In this document: positions 40,573 through 50,706 of the stretch, piece by piece
Numbering within the stretch: position 1 is the stretch's first letter
Layout of the letters: the number at the start of each line of letters is the position of its first letter
Source of the DNA: Candidatus Woesearchaeota archaeon
Lineage (GTDB): Archaea > Nanobdellota > Nanobdellia > Pacearchaeales > GW2011-AR1
NCBI GenBank assembly: GCA_964344105.1
Contig: CAYFMD010000001.1
Location: 4,671 to 68,670, forward strand
Length of the DNA stretch: 64,000 nt
Direction of reading: 5' to 3'
The notes under the pieces: generated by a model
Databases searched by the model: none
The model's input: the letters and a program-made list of their open reading frames with translations, nothing else
What the model was told of the DNA's origin: nothing
Program-made: the position numbers and the translations under genes

Positions 40573-41001
40573 ATGGCAATTATGAAAAGGTTAACTGATC
40601 GTATAGAGAGAGGGGGCTATCCTATGGAATATGTTAATAAGGAAGCTGCTGTAGAAACAGTGGCAAGTATAGCAAGCTGGATATCACTTGGTACAGATGT
40701 AACTGCAGGAGCCCATGGATTATGGGGTGGTTACAACCATAAATGGAGAGAAACTGCTCAAACAACTTCACAAGATGAAAGGCAAACGAGAGCTTTCAGA
40801 AGATCTATAGCTTACATCGCAGCTCTAACCACTGCAAAATACGTATTTTCAGATATCTCAGAGTCCTTAGAACCAGCCATAGAAGCAGGAAAAACTGCAG
40901 CATGGGGACTTGGAGGATTATTGTTACCTTATGCTGGAAGAGTAATCGGAAAAGTCGGATATGCAATTTGGAACGCACTACCTTCGCCAGATAAGAATTA
41001 A
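40573..41001 (+). CDS. Hypothetical A/G/T-rich protein with GC-shifted composition
   Basis: It is an ORF and a possible paralogue of the next gene, with shared A/G/T-rich hydrophobic segments. Confidence 0.4.
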   Translation: MAIMKRLTDRIERGGYPMEYVNKEAAVETVASIASWISLGTDVTAGAHGLWGGYNHKWRETAQTTSQDERQTRAFRRSIAYIAALTTAKYVFSDISESLEPAIEAGKTAAWGLGGLLLPYAGRVIGKVGYAIWNALPSPDKN

Positions 41002-41028
41002 ATTTATTAACTACAAACAAATATATTC

Positions 41029-41514
41029 TTGATGAGGTTGAGGTCTATCATAAGAGATGTTTCTGTAACTGCAGCTTACACAACTGCAGGAGCCTTAGGA
41101 TTTCATTATTTAGCTGACTATATTCCATTAGGCCAATGGGATACCATTGGTAATAACGTTGCAGCATCAGCGGGAATAGTTGCCGGATACCATCTATCTA
41201 AAAGAGGTATCAATAGGGGCATGGCAGGATTAGCATTATCTTCTGCAGCAGCAATTGGAGCAGTAGCCTATGACTTATTCACAGATTCTTATACAGGAAG
41301 CCCTGGAAGAAGTTTAATGAGTTACGTCGAAATGACTGGAGTAAGTTGGCTGTTATTAAGTAGATTCATTACACCGGAAACTGGCGAGGGTGGAGGTGGT
41401 GGAGACGATGATCGTGGAGGAGACCGTCCATTCATAGTTGGACCAAGAGGTGGAAGCGGAAAGAAACCAAGATCTGAATCAAGACCTAGAACCGGTTTCC
41501 CAACTGCAGTCTAA
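41029..41514 (+). CDS. Hypothetical membrane-associated protein with a Gly/Arg-rich tail
   Basis: It has hydrophobic A/G-rich segments, and the tail reads GEGGGGGDDDRGGDRPFIVGPRGGSGKKPRSESRPRTG. Confidence 0.4.
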   Translation: MMRLRSIIRDVSVTAAYTTAGALGFHYLADYIPLGQWDTIGNNVAASAGIVAGYHLSKRGINRGMAGLALSSAAAIGAVAYDLFTDSYTGSPGRSLMSYVEMTGVSWLLLSRFITPETGEGGGGGDDDRGGDRPFIVGPRGGSGKKPRSESRPRTGFPTAV

Positions 41515-41551
41515 CAAAATATTTATAAACTCCAACTAATTGTAAACCCTC

Positions 41552-42013
41552 ATGGGCGATTATGAAAGACAAGTAGCAGAACTTCTTTTTGGAAATCCAA
41601 GGAGAACTGACCTATATGCAGATTTTAGAAGAGGAAGAGATGCACCTCACGACACAGCCCAAAGAGTTCTAGAAGCACTAGCACATCCAGAATTAGTCAG
41701 AGCAAACCTATCTCTAAAAAGGCAAATGGATATATCTAGTCCTAACGCAGTATATGCGGGAGACGAAGCATCATATGCAAGAGCAAATGGATCTGATTTC
41801 TCATTACTATTGTTTAGACCTGAATTAAGGGCGGACATTTACGAACCATTTGTAGGACTAACAGCGTCAGCAAATAGTTCCTATAGATTCCAAACAGGAT
41901 CTCAAGATTTCAGAATAGTTTTCAATAATCTGAGTGATGGTGATCAAACAACTGGGGGCAACATCCAGCACAGATCTATGCATGCAGTTAGATCAAATGT
42001 TAGAAGCAGATAA
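41552..42013 (+). CDS. Hypothetical protein with GC-shifted composition
   Basis: It is an ORF whose 3' end overlaps the convergent agmatinase gene by about 20 nt. Confidence 0.4.
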   Translation: MGDYERQVAELLFGNPRRTDLYADFRRGRDAPHDTAQRVLEALAHPELVRANLSLKRQMDISSPNAVYAGDEASYARANGSDFSLLLFRPELRADIYEPFVGLTASANSSYRFQTGSQDFRIVFNNLSDGDQTTGGNIQHRSMHAVRSNVRSR

Positions 42014-42748
42014 AATCTTCAGCAATTCTCCACCTGCCTTAACTGTCTCACCATCTTTATCTTTACTAGGATTAACCTCAACCAGATCCGATCTAACAAC
42101 TTTCCCACTTCTAAGAACATCCTTAACAAATTCCTTCAACTGATCCAAACTAAACCCTTCCTTCTCAGGATAACCTGTTCCAACATACTTCTCACCATCA
42201 AGCGCATCTATATCAACAGAAAGATAAACTTTCTCACAACCTTCTAAAAAATCTCTAATAACAGCTAGAATTCCTGTTCCATTATCTTCAGATAATGGAC
42301 TTGCCATCTCTTCTCCCCAATAATGATGCTTAATCCCCTTCTCCTTCAAATATTCTTTCTCAATAGGATCAACATTTCTCAACCCAACAATAAAAACATT
42401 CGAAGGATCAACATGACCTTCCTCAATCAACACTCTAACAAAATCCTCATGGGTTGGCGGACTAAAATTATTAACACAATCCGCATGTGCATCAAATATA
42501 ATCAAACTATCGCAACCACTACTTTTGAAAGTTCCATATGTAACTGAATGATCGCCCCCAACAAAAACATCTCCATCTAAACCTGCAATCATCTCAGTTG
42601 TCTCACCAAAGTCCGAATCAGAAACCTCAGCTACCTCAAACTCAACTCCAGCTTCCTCACAAACAGCCTTCCCGCCATCTTCACATCCAACATTCTTACC
42701 CAAACATCCTTGCGAAGAAGGAATTACAATAACTTTCTTATTTGCCAT
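41993..42748 (-). CDS. speB: Arginase/agmatinase-family ureohydrolase (probably agmatinase)
   Basis: It has the Mn-binding motifs GGDHSVTYG, DAHADC and SVDIDALD. Confidence 0.75.
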   Translation of the reverse strand: MANKKVIVIPSSQGCLGKNVGCEDGGKAVCEEAGVEFEVAEVSDSDFGETTEMIAGLDGDVFVGGDHSVTYGTFKSSGCDSLIIFDAHADCVNNFSPPTHEDFVRVLIEEGHVDPSNVFIVGLRNVDPIEKEYLKEKGIKHHYWGEEMASPLSEDNGTGILAVIRDFLEGCEKVYLSVDIDALDGEKYVGTGYPEKEGFSLDQLKEFVKDVLRSGKVVRSDLVEVNPSKDKDGETVKAGGELLKILSASNI

Positions 42749-42778
42749 ACTAAAAACAAAAATTAACCCTATTTAAAA

Positions 42779-43501
42779 CTAAGCAATAGGTTCTAATCTC
42801 CTTAGGCATCTTCCAGAAGGCTTATCACAATATTCATCTATCCCTCCAGGACTGCAATCATTATCAATTTTACAATATTCGCAATTTCCAGTTTCACCAC
42901 CTAGGGGGATATTACATATTAGTCCATCATAACAGTCTGCTCTAAATCTGCATCCTCTAATGCACGTGTAAATATTCTCATCACAAAAAACTCCTGAAAA
43001 ACAAAGGTGCTGATTATCGGGATCACAATTAAATAATTCCGTACAATCAATTCTCCCAGTACATTCCTTAGTCACGCATTTACCTTCATAACAAAATAAT
43101 TCAATATCTGAATTCAGACTATTACAATCATCATCTTCATTACAAATACAATCTGCCGGACACTCAAATATTCCCCCGATCTCCTCTCCAGGCCCGCATT
43201 TATTATCTCCACAGAAAGTATCACAATCTGCAGGGCAGGTGCTAATATCTTCATGAGGCTCGCAAATATCATTATAATTGCATTCAGATAAAGCTTCATT
43301 CTCAGTAGGATCTGCTAGTTCCGGTACAGCCGGTTCAGGTTCTGCAAGCGTAGGCATAACACCTTCCTGATTTAATCTACCCAATAAGCCCTCTAAATCA
43401 CTAGATTGGCTAGCTACAATTCCTAAAACAATGACTGCAACAAAAATGCCAATTACCCAATAATTAAGATTCTCTTTCTTTCTAGAATGTTTCTTCACCA
43501 C
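42779..43501 (-). CDS. Cys-rich N-terminally membrane-anchored secreted protein (paralogue family member 1)
   Basis: It has the TM helix YWVIGIFVAVIVLGIVA, then ...DLEGLLG..., then about 40 Cys in CxxC/CPADC modules. Confidence 0.55.
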   Translation of the reverse strand: MVKKHSRKKENLNYWVIGIFVAVIVLGIVASQSSDLEGLLGRLNQEGVMPTLAEPEPAVPELADPTENEALSECNYNDICEPHEDISTCPADCDTFCGDNKCGPGEEIGGIFECPADCICNEDDDCNSLNSDIELFCYEGKCVTKECTGRIDCTELFNCDPDNQHLCFSGVFCDENIYTCIRGCRFRADCYDGLICNIPLGGETGNCEYCKIDNDCSPGGIDEYCDKPSGRCLRRLEPIA

Positions 43502-43679
43502 TTTGCCTTAGAAGGGATTTCTTATATTTAAAACTAAGCAATAGCTCTATTTAGTATCGCAAGGCCTGGTAATCCCATAGATTGATAAACTCTCTTATCT
43601 GGAAGAAAAAAATGCCCTCCAGTTTTATCCTCGCCAATATTATCTCCATAATCTCCTTTTAGGTAAATCCACCCATCGC

Positions 43680-44711
43680 TCATGCCCCTTCCCAAATTAT
43701 CTCCAACTTCTCCAAACTACAAAAGTCAGTTGTATAATTATAAGCACCAGCATTTAAAAAAACAATCTCATCTCCCACCTTAACATCCCTCAATCTAACC
43801 TTATACCTAAATATATCATCTCTTGTAGGGGTATCCCCTTTAATTTTATAATCAGTACCTTCCTCAGAATCAGAAAGCTCTCCATCAACCAACAATCTAA
43901 TATCAGTTATATGCGCATCCAAAACCCCATTATAAACAGAAGTATTAACAATCAAAGTACCTTCTTGAATCTGAATAACATTACAAACTAACTTAACAGC
44001 AGGACCTGCAATAAACCTTCCTGGCTCACAATAAACCTCTCCATCAAACCACTCCTTAACTTCCTTAATCTTATCAAATATATAAGGCATTATCTCCGAA
44101 GTATAAGTTCTATATCTGATAGGCAATCCTCCACCAATATTAATTATATCCAATCTATCCAAACTCTCTTCACTCAAACTATCAACAAGCTCATCCTTAA
44201 TCTCCCATTCACTAGCATTCTGACTTTTTCTATGAATATGCACGCCTAGCCTACCCACACTTTCATTATCTTTAATATCTAATATTATCTCGTTTACCTT
44301 GTTTGCTGGAAGACCATAAATGAAATATTTCCCAGCAGTAATCCTATGCTCTTGAAATTTCATTCGCAGCAAGAGATCAATAACTACCCCCTTAGTTTTA
44401 GCAGCTACCAAAACCTTCTCTAAATCAATCTCATTATCAATAACAAACTTCCTAACACCTTTATCAATCAACTCACAGATCTCATCATCAGAATTTGCCT
44501 GCATAAAAAACCAGATCTTACCTTTATCATTAATCGAATCAACCTCTGCACCTGCATGTATCGAGAACTCACTATCAGTCATCTCCTCAAGAACATGCCC
44601 AACCTCATTATTTGTCTTATAACTATAGCTAACATTTATCCCCAGATCCTTTAACTGATTATATTGCTCAACAACTTTGCTCTTACTCAAGATAAACTTA
44701 GCCTTATTCAT
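43680..44711 (-). CDS. PLP-dependent fold-III decarboxylase (Orn/Arg/DAP decarboxylase family)
   Basis: It has the GGGLP and EPGRFIAGPA motifs characteristic of alanine-racemase-fold decarboxylases. Its neighbours are deoxyhypusine synthase and agmatinase. Confidence 0.65.
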   Translation of the reverse strand: MNKAKFILSKSKVVEQYNQLKDLGINVSYSYKTNNEVGHVLEEMTDSEFSIHAGAEVDSINDKGKIWFFMQANSDDEICELIDKGVRKFVIDNEIDLEKVLVAAKTKGVVIDLLLRMKFQEHRITAGKYFIYGLPANKVNEIILDIKDNESVGRLGVHIHRKSQNASEWEIKDELVDSLSEESLDRLDIINIGGGLPIRYRTYTSEIMPYIFDKIKEVKEWFDGEVYCEPGRFIAGPAVKLVCNVIQIQEGTLIVNTSVYNGVLDAHITDIRLLVDGELSDSEEGTDYKIKGDTPTRDDIFRYKVRLRDVKVGDEIVFLNAGAYNYTTDFCSLEKLEIIWEGA

Positions 44712-45648
44712 CTTTCAAAACTCCCATCTCCCTCAACTTTTCAATAGCCCTTATCATAACCAATGGATAAGTAATAGTAACATCTCCATTAACAGTAACT
44801 CCTGCAGCAGTATCTTTCAACTTTCCCCAACTCATAGCCTCCTTGGTTGTAGCACCACTCATACTTCCTGAACTTGAATGGCTAGTAGTAAGGTAAACTG
44901 CATAATCAAATCCTCCATTCAATAACCCACTAAAAACCGCATAGTGCTTTGAAATCGAACCACCTAAACTAATCAATCCCTTCTTCTCATCATGATTACT
45001 AGCAAATATAACATTCTTCACATCTCTAATAACATCAACAAAGAAATCCTTATTCTTTTCTTGGAACATATACAAATGAAATCCAATAGCCGAATCTGCA
45101 ATTCCCGGACAAAAAATAGGAACATTATTCTTAGCAGCCTGATACAAAATAGAATTCTCATCTTTTATCAAAAGTCCTAATTCATACAACAATGTACTAA
45201 CATCAATCCTCTTATGCCTCGAATAAATATCTTCCAAATATTCCTTCATCTTATCTTCAAATTTCATATAACTCTCATTTCTAATTAACAAATTACCAAT
45301 TCTATTTTCACCTTTCTCTCTCATAGCCAAATCATCAGCACCAAAATTACTAACCTCAATCCCATCTCCCATGGCCTTTATAATATCCTCCTCAATACTT
45401 GCACTAGTAGTCACAAGAACGTCAGCCATCTTCAACTTAACCATCTGAGCAAAGAACCCTCTCAAACCACTAGTAACCATATTCGATGTAAAAGTCAAAT
45501 AGATCTTAGCACCCTCTTGCTTCATCTTCATAACAACATCTGAAGCCTTATTCAACTCAATACTCTGATAACCTAAACTACCAAAATCATCGACCAATTC
45601 CCTAACGGTCATACCAGGTTTCCATAAAAAATCTTTAACAGTTTTCAT
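44704..45648 (-). CDS. dys: Deoxyhypusine synthase
   Basis: It has TSNMVTSGLRG, PIFCPGIADSAIG and LGGSISKH motifs, and the length is 314 aa. Confidence 0.8.
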   Translation of the reverse strand: MKTVKDFLWKPGMTVRELVDDFGSLGYQSIELNKASDVVMKMKQEGAKIYLTFTSNMVTSGLRGFFAQMVKLKMADVLVTTSASIEEDIIKAMGDGIEVSNFGADDLAMREKGENRIGNLLIRNESYMKFEDKMKEYLEDIYSRHKRIDVSTLLYELGLLIKDENSILYQAAKNNVPIFCPGIADSAIGFHLYMFQEKNKDFFVDVIRDVKNVIFASNHDEKKGLISLGGSISKHYAVFSGLLNGGFDYAVYLTTSHSSSGSMSGATTKEAMSWGKLKDTAAGVTVNGDVTITYPLVMIRAIEKLREMGVLKDE

Positions 45649-45806
45649 CTTACAAAGAATTTAGAAAAATAACACAATTACAATTAAGCCAAAGGTATTG
45701 CCTTGCTCTTTAACAATTGTAATGTTTTCATAATAAAAAAGATAATTTTTGGTTTAAAAACCTACCGATTAACAATATTTATATACGTAATTTAATTAAC
45801 ATCAAT

Positions 45807-46430
45807 ATGAAAAAGAGGAAAAAGAAAAACCAGAACAACTCTAACAGAAATTTATACATTGGAATAGCAGTAATAATCCTACTATTCATCTTCGCATTTT
45901 ACTATGGAGATTACAATCAAGTGAATGAAGAGGGACTAGCCAATTCTGGATTTGCATATGGTTTTTTGGAACTATTCGGACCAGAAGAAAATGAAGATCC
46001 TTTTGCAGGTCCAAGAACGCCTGGAACCTGTGACTTATCAAATAATAGAGATGATCCAATTTTAGGCGATGGAACTAACTCAGATTGTGATGGCCTATTT
46101 ATGGGGAAATATTGCGATCCCGAAACTCTAACTTGTACCGATTATTATGAAACAACTATCTACAGGTTAGATCCAGACTCACCAAATTTAGGAGTATTGT
46201 TCACCTGTACAGATACTGATACTGCAAACGATATTCATCTTAAGGGAGAATTAATAATAGATTACATTAACGATCCAAACGATGGAGATCCTATTTTTGA
46301 TAGATGCGAGAGCGCCAAGGTGATACAATATAAATGTTCCAATTCCCCTCCCTCTCATTATTTCATACTTGAACACACTTGTAAAACCGGGTGCAGAGAT
46401 GGTGCATGCATATCTGGATTTGGCGAATAA
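45807..46430 (+). CDS. Cys-rich N-terminally membrane-anchored secreted protein (paralogue family member 2)
   Basis: It has SNRNLYIGIAVIILLFIFAF, then EEGLANSGFAYGFLELFGP, then a Cys-rich domain. Confidence 0.55.
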   Translation: MKKRKKKNQNNSNRNLYIGIAVIILLFIFAFYYGDYNQVNEEGLANSGFAYGFLELFGPEENEDPFAGPRTPGTCDLSNNRDDPILGDGTNSDCDGLFMGKYCDPETLTCTDYYETTIYRLDPDSPNLGVLFTCTDTDTANDIHLKGELIIDYINDPNDGDPIFDRCESAKVIQYKCSNSPPSHYFILEHTCKTGCRDGACISGFGE

Positions 46431-46433
46431 GAA

Positions 46434-46709
46434 CTACTCATACTTCCTTCTCAACTTAGCAAAATCCCTTGCAACACTAATATAATCCTCTCTCTGGCCC
46501 ATATCTCCTTTAACTTCTGCAATAGCTGCTAAATTAGTATAGGCATCAGCCAAATATCCCCAAGCTCTTGATGATTCTTCTCCGCTTCTAGCGAATTCTA
46601 ATCTAGCCCTAGTCCTTAAAACAGCCACACCACCTTGCAAGGCTAAACCATCATCGGCGCACTCCATAGCCAATCTGCTAACTCTTCCATCAAAGCTAAA
46701 ATCTATCAT
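46434..46709 (-). CDS. Hypothetical small helical protein with GC-shifted composition
   Basis: It is an ORF that is A/R/L-rich. Confidence 0.4.
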   Translation of the reverse strand: MIDFSFDGRVSRLAMECADDGLALQGGVAVLRTRARLEFARSGEESSRAWGYLADAYTNLAAIAEVKGDMGQREDYISVARDFAKLRRKYE

Positions 46710-46782
46710 CTTATTGTAATATCAAGAACTCTCTTTCCCAAGGATAATTTTTCTTAAGAAAAATACTATAAAAATCTATCTA

Positions 46783-47247
46783 TCAACCTAAACCAACATT
46801 CTCTAGGGGTATCACTGGAGGATCTTTATATCTAGCAACAGTTTCGCAATAAAACTGAACTCCAACACCTGCATCAACAAGCCTTCTTGAGATCCTTTCA
46901 ACTGTGGGAGTAATTCTAGAAGCAGCGCCATAAAGAGTAACTTGATCTCCAGAACTACATTTCTTGTTATAATGAGTACCTACCCAGAATCCCTTACTAC
47001 GTTTCAAACCTCTAAATGGCCTCATAAATCTAGGTTTAGAAAATCTCTCACTAAAAAATGGAACCTCATAACTAACATGCCCAGAAACTTCTACACCATG
47101 AGTCTCCTTTCCAAAACCATATATGTAAGCTAGAAGTAAAAAATCAACACTACCTGGATTATCTGCCAAAACTCCATCAACAATCTCTGATTCACTAGGG
47201 GGTTTAGCAAAAAATAAAGAATCTAAATTCATCTTAAAATTATTCAT
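46783..47247 (-). CDS. Hypothetical protein co-transcribed with fusA
   Basis: Its start overlaps the fusA stop by 8 nt. Confidence 0.45.
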   Translation of the reverse strand: MNNFKMNLDSLFFAKPPSESEIVDGVLADNPGSVDFLLLAYIYGFGKETHGVEVSGHVSYEVPFFSERFSKPRFMRPFRGLKRSKGFWVGTHYNKKCSSGDQVTLYGAASRITPTVERISRRLVDAGVGVQFYCETVARYKDPPVIPLENVGLG

Positions 47248-49432
47248 TGTCAGCTAGACCCTTTCTCTGTCTAACTTTCTTAACAATCTCTTGCTGCAAC
47301 TGAGCAGGAACCTTCTCAAAGCTCTGATCAACCATACTAAATCCACCCTTACCTTCAGTAGCCGATCTAATATCTGAACTCAATCCAATCATCTCCGCAA
47401 CTGGCATCTTCGCCTTAACAGAAACTTGTCCTGAAGTTTGATCAATATCAATAACTTGTCCTCTCTTAGCACTAACTAGCTTAGTCAGCTCTCCCATATA
47501 ATCCAATGGAGCTTCTAACAACAAAGTCTGCAACGGCTCTAACAACGTTGGACCGGCAGTATCAATACTTCCTCTTACCGAATCTCTAATAGCTGGATAA
47601 ACCTGAGCAGGACCTCTGTGAATCGCGTCTTCGTGCAACTTCAAATCAACAAGACTAATCTTCAACTTAGCACATGGCTCTCTAGCCAAAGTACCAGCAT
47701 CAATAACTTGCTCAACACCATCCATTACCATTTCAATAACTTCACCGATGTGAACCTCTCCCTTAGTCTTATCTAAGAATACACAATCGTTGTAAATATC
47801 TCTATACTGTCTAGCTTCCTCATTGCTAACTCCACATTCATTCAACTTAGCCCAAAGCTCTTCATTCTTCTTCTTAGTTCTACCTTCTGGAATCTCCCCA
47901 GCCTTAATAGCATCATATACAGAATCCTCCAAAGGCTCAACTTCAATCCAGAACAAGTTGTGCTTGTTTGGCGACTTTCCTTCTCCAGTATTACCCTTCT
48001 TACTTACAGTCTCTCTGTAAACAACAATAGGATCTCCAGTCTTAACATCAACTCCCTTCTCTGTCTTAATTCTGTTCTCAATAATTTCCAAGTGCAACTC
48101 TCCCATACCTGAAATCAAGTTCTCACCAGTCTCCTCATTAATCTCAATATGCAATGAAGGATCTTCCTTAGCAACCTTCTTCAAAACCTCAATCAACTTA
48201 GGTAGATCTTGTGGCTTTGGAACACTAATAGATTTTGTAATAACTGGATCAAAGATGTGCTTAATATTTTCAAAAGCTTCTTGAGGAGAACTTGTAACTG
48301 TCTCTCCAGGCTGTGAAGTTAATCCTGTAATAGCTAAAACATTTCCAGCAGGAACTACCTCCAACTGTTCAGGCTTAACTCCGTTGTAAACTAAAACTTG
48401 CTGAATTCTCTGCTTCTTCTTATCTCCATTCAAATAAACCTCCATACCTGGCTTCAAAGTTCCTGAGAACAATCTACCAGCACTAACTTCCTTACCTGAT
48501 CTTGGATCAATAACAGTATTGGTAATAACGAAAGCAGGCTCTCCATTTGGATCACAACTCAATAACTGCTTACCGAAGTCGCTCTCTAAATCTCCTTGCC
48601 ATATCTTTGGAATTCTATATTTCTGAGCTTCAACAGGTGAAGGCAAGTGAGTAATTACCGAATCCAAAAGAACCTCAAACAATGGGGCATTCTCCCAGAA
48701 CCAATCCTTCTTAGCTTCCTTATCCTCTTTATTCTGATTCTCAATAACATCCTTAAATCCAACTCCCTTCTTCTGCATGAACTTAGCACTCAATGCCCAA
48801 TTCTCTCTAGCACTACCAAAAATAACTGACCCATCAGCAACACTAACCTTCCACTTCTGAGCATACTCTGGCTCAGCAATCTGCTCGATCAAAATATTAA
48901 AGTGATCAATAATCTTCATGAATCTTTCCTGCATAGCCTCTGGTGTAAGTTTCAACTCAGTAATCATTCTATCAACCTTATTAATAAACAAAATAGGCTT
49001 AACTCTTTCTCTCAAAGCTTGCTTCATAACAGTCTCAGTCTGTGGCATTATTCCCTCAATAGCACAAGCCAAAACAATTGTACCGTCAATAGCTCTCATA
49101 GCTCTAGTAACATTTCCACCAAAATCAACGTGACCTGGTGTATCAATTAAATTAACTAAGTATTCCTTACCCTCAAGCTCGTGAGCCATACTAACATTAG
49201 CCGCATCAACAGTCAATAATCTCTCCTGCTCGTCTGCGTGACCCCAAGTTGCCATTCCACCATCTAGATCTCCAGCCAACTTCTCATTCATCATACCAGC
49301 TGCAGCCAATAGATTATCAGTCAAAGCAGTCTTACCGTGGTGAATGTGCGCGCTTGTCGCTATGTTTCTTATTGTATCCTGACTTTTTACTAGTCTTACA
49401 ATCTTCTCAAAGGGCGTCTCTTTTGTTGCCAT
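47240..49432 (-). CDS. fusA: Translation elongation factor 2 (aEF-2)
   Basis: It has AHIHHGKT, DTPGH and NKVD motifs, and at 730 aa it aligns along its length to archaeal EF-2. Confidence 0.9.
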   Translation of the reverse strand: MATKETPFEKIVRLVKSQDTIRNIATSAHIHHGKTALTDNLLAAAGMMNEKLAGDLDGGMATWGHADEQERLLTVDAANVSMAHELEGKEYLVNLIDTPGHVDFGGNVTRAMRAIDGTIVLACAIEGIMPQTETVMKQALRERVKPILFINKVDRMITELKLTPEAMQERFMKIIDHFNILIEQIAEPEYAQKWKVSVADGSVIFGSARENWALSAKFMQKKGVGFKDVIENQNKEDKEAKKDWFWENAPLFEVLLDSVITHLPSPVEAQKYRIPKIWQGDLESDFGKQLLSCDPNGEPAFVITNTVIDPRSGKEVSAGRLFSGTLKPGMEVYLNGDKKKQRIQQVLVYNGVKPEQLEVVPAGNVLAITGLTSQPGETVTSSPQEAFENIKHIFDPVITKSISVPKPQDLPKLIEVLKKVAKEDPSLHIEINEETGENLISGMGELHLEIIENRIKTEKGVDVKTGDPIVVYRETVSKKGNTGEGKSPNKHNLFWIEVEPLEDSVYDAIKAGEIPEGRTKKKNEELWAKLNECGVSNEEARQYRDIYNDCVFLDKTKGEVHIGEVIEMVMDGVEQVIDAGTLAREPCAKLKISLVDLKLHEDAIHRGPAQVYPAIRDSVRGSIDTAGPTLLEPLQTLLLEAPLDYMGELTKLVSAKRGQVIDIDQTSGQVSVKAKMPVAEMIGLSSDIRSATEGKGGFSMVDQSFEKVPAQLQQEIVKKVRQRKGLADNE

Positions 49433-49446
49433 GTTGTATATCTCTG

Positions 49447-49478
49447 ATATATAACAGTCTGAAATCTTTGATTTCAGA
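49447..49478 (-). promoter_or_regulatory. fusA promoter: a TATA-like TTATATAT about 20 nt upstream of the ATG, plus a perfect 9-bp inverted repeat TCTGAAATC-TTT-GATTTCAGA just upstream of it
   Basis: I saw this in the sequence. The IR position, just upstream of BRE/TATA, is typical for archaeal regulator binding sites. Confidence 0.45.
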
Positions 49479-49655
49479 ATCTCAAAAACCTACCAATCAA
49501 ACCCGAAGGGTTTCGCTGGTTTTTGAGGTCTGTTATTATAGTTTATTCATGCAAAATTCGCTTTTTAAATCTTCCTAATGATAAAAGCAAACATTTAAAT
49601 ACTACTATTTGTCACTATTATTAAATAATAACACTACAAGGAGGTTATAAAAAGA

Positions 49656-49946
49656 ATGAAAAGAAAGGAAAGAATAAGTAGAGAGCATGCAGCTATCCTA
49701 GATAGTGCTGAAGGTTCAGCTTTAGTTAGAGCTATTGCAGATAGAGATTCAACAGAATTTACTATAAATGTAACAGAATATGCTCCAAGAATGGCTGAGA
49801 ATAGAGCTGTTGGACAGTTTGCTACAGCTTTCAACGCTGCTTACACTGGTCAAGCATATATAGACGCTCCAACAACTAGCGCACTATTATCTGCAGGTCA
49901 CAGTTCACCATCTTACAGAAGAGTTAGAAAAGCTTCTGTAGCTTAA
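49656..49946 (+). CDS. Hypothetical small protein preceded by a strong SD (AGGAGGT)
   Basis: GGAGGT lies 7-8 nt upstream of the ATG. The composition is GC-shifted and A/T/S-rich. Confidence 0.45.
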   Translation: MKRKERISREHAAILDSAEGSALVRAIADRDSTEFTINVTEYAPRMAENRAVGQFATAFNAAYTGQAYIDAPTTSALLSAGHSSPSYRRVRKASVA

Positions 49947-50019
49947 ATTTTTATTTTTTTATTTTCTTTAACTTCTTTGAAGTTTAAGAGGCAGAAATTT
50001 TTAATTTCTGTAATATTTT

Positions 50020-50196
50020 TAATTGAATATTTTTTCAACCCAAGTGAGAACTCTCCCAATCATGCTATCTTCACTTATATTGCCTAAAAGGATATTACTA
50101 CCTTCTCCACCAAATCCAAAAACCAACCCATAAATTATAGACAAAACCACTAAAACTATCAATACAATTAAAGTCCAATACAACCACTTTTTCATA
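50020..50196 (-). CDS. Candidate small membrane protein (~58 aa, MKKWLYWTLIVLIVLVVLSIIYGLVFGFGGEG...)
   Basis: I translated this from the minus strand by hand. It falls below the track's length cut-off, and the coordinates are approximate to within 2 nt. Confidence 0.3.
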
Positions 50197-50252
50197 ATTC
50201 TAACAATAAAAAAATCTATATAAAATTATCCACCAATTTTTATATAGTTCTC

Positions 50253-50666
50253 TTGCTTCAAACAATTATGCTAGTAGACAAAAAAGATGTACATAGGGGC
50301 CTAACAGAATTAATAACAAGTTTATTACAGTGGACTGATCCTGATGGCCATCACATATTTGAGATAAATGGATTCGATCCAACAGTAAAAAGGTATGGGA
50401 TATTCAAAGCTGATCCTAGTAAGCCAGAAACAATGGGATGCAGAACATACACCGTAACTTACCTATATCATACAGAAGATGGAGCAAATAGATATGTTGG
50501 AGATAGGGACACTTTCAATACACATTGTGTAATAGCAGATCTTTACAGAGGAATGACTGAACAGAATTGTGCTATCAATTGGAGGTTAGCTTTGAAAGGC
50601 AGACCTGGAGCTGAAGCAGGATATGACTTATTAGAAACCGCACTAACTGTAAAAGCAAAACCCTAA
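50253..50666 (+). CDS. Hypothetical protein
   Basis: It is an ORF with a probable start at MLVDKKD. Confidence 0.4.
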   Translation: MLQTIMLVDKKDVHRGLTELITSLLQWTDPDGHHIFEINGFDPTVKRYGIFKADPSKPETMGCRTYTVTYLYHTEDGANRYVGDRDTFNTHCVIADLYRGMTEQNCAINWRLALKGRPGAEAGYDLLETALTVKAKP

Positions 50667-50706
50667 CACTAAATTTATATATCTAAAATATCTAGTAAAA
50701 TAAAAG

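Noticed and set aside
48647-49578. Several 60-109 aa plus-strand ORFs across the fusA 5' region
   Set aside because: They are antisense to EF-2. The 49249-49578 ORF would run through the fusA start and promoter.
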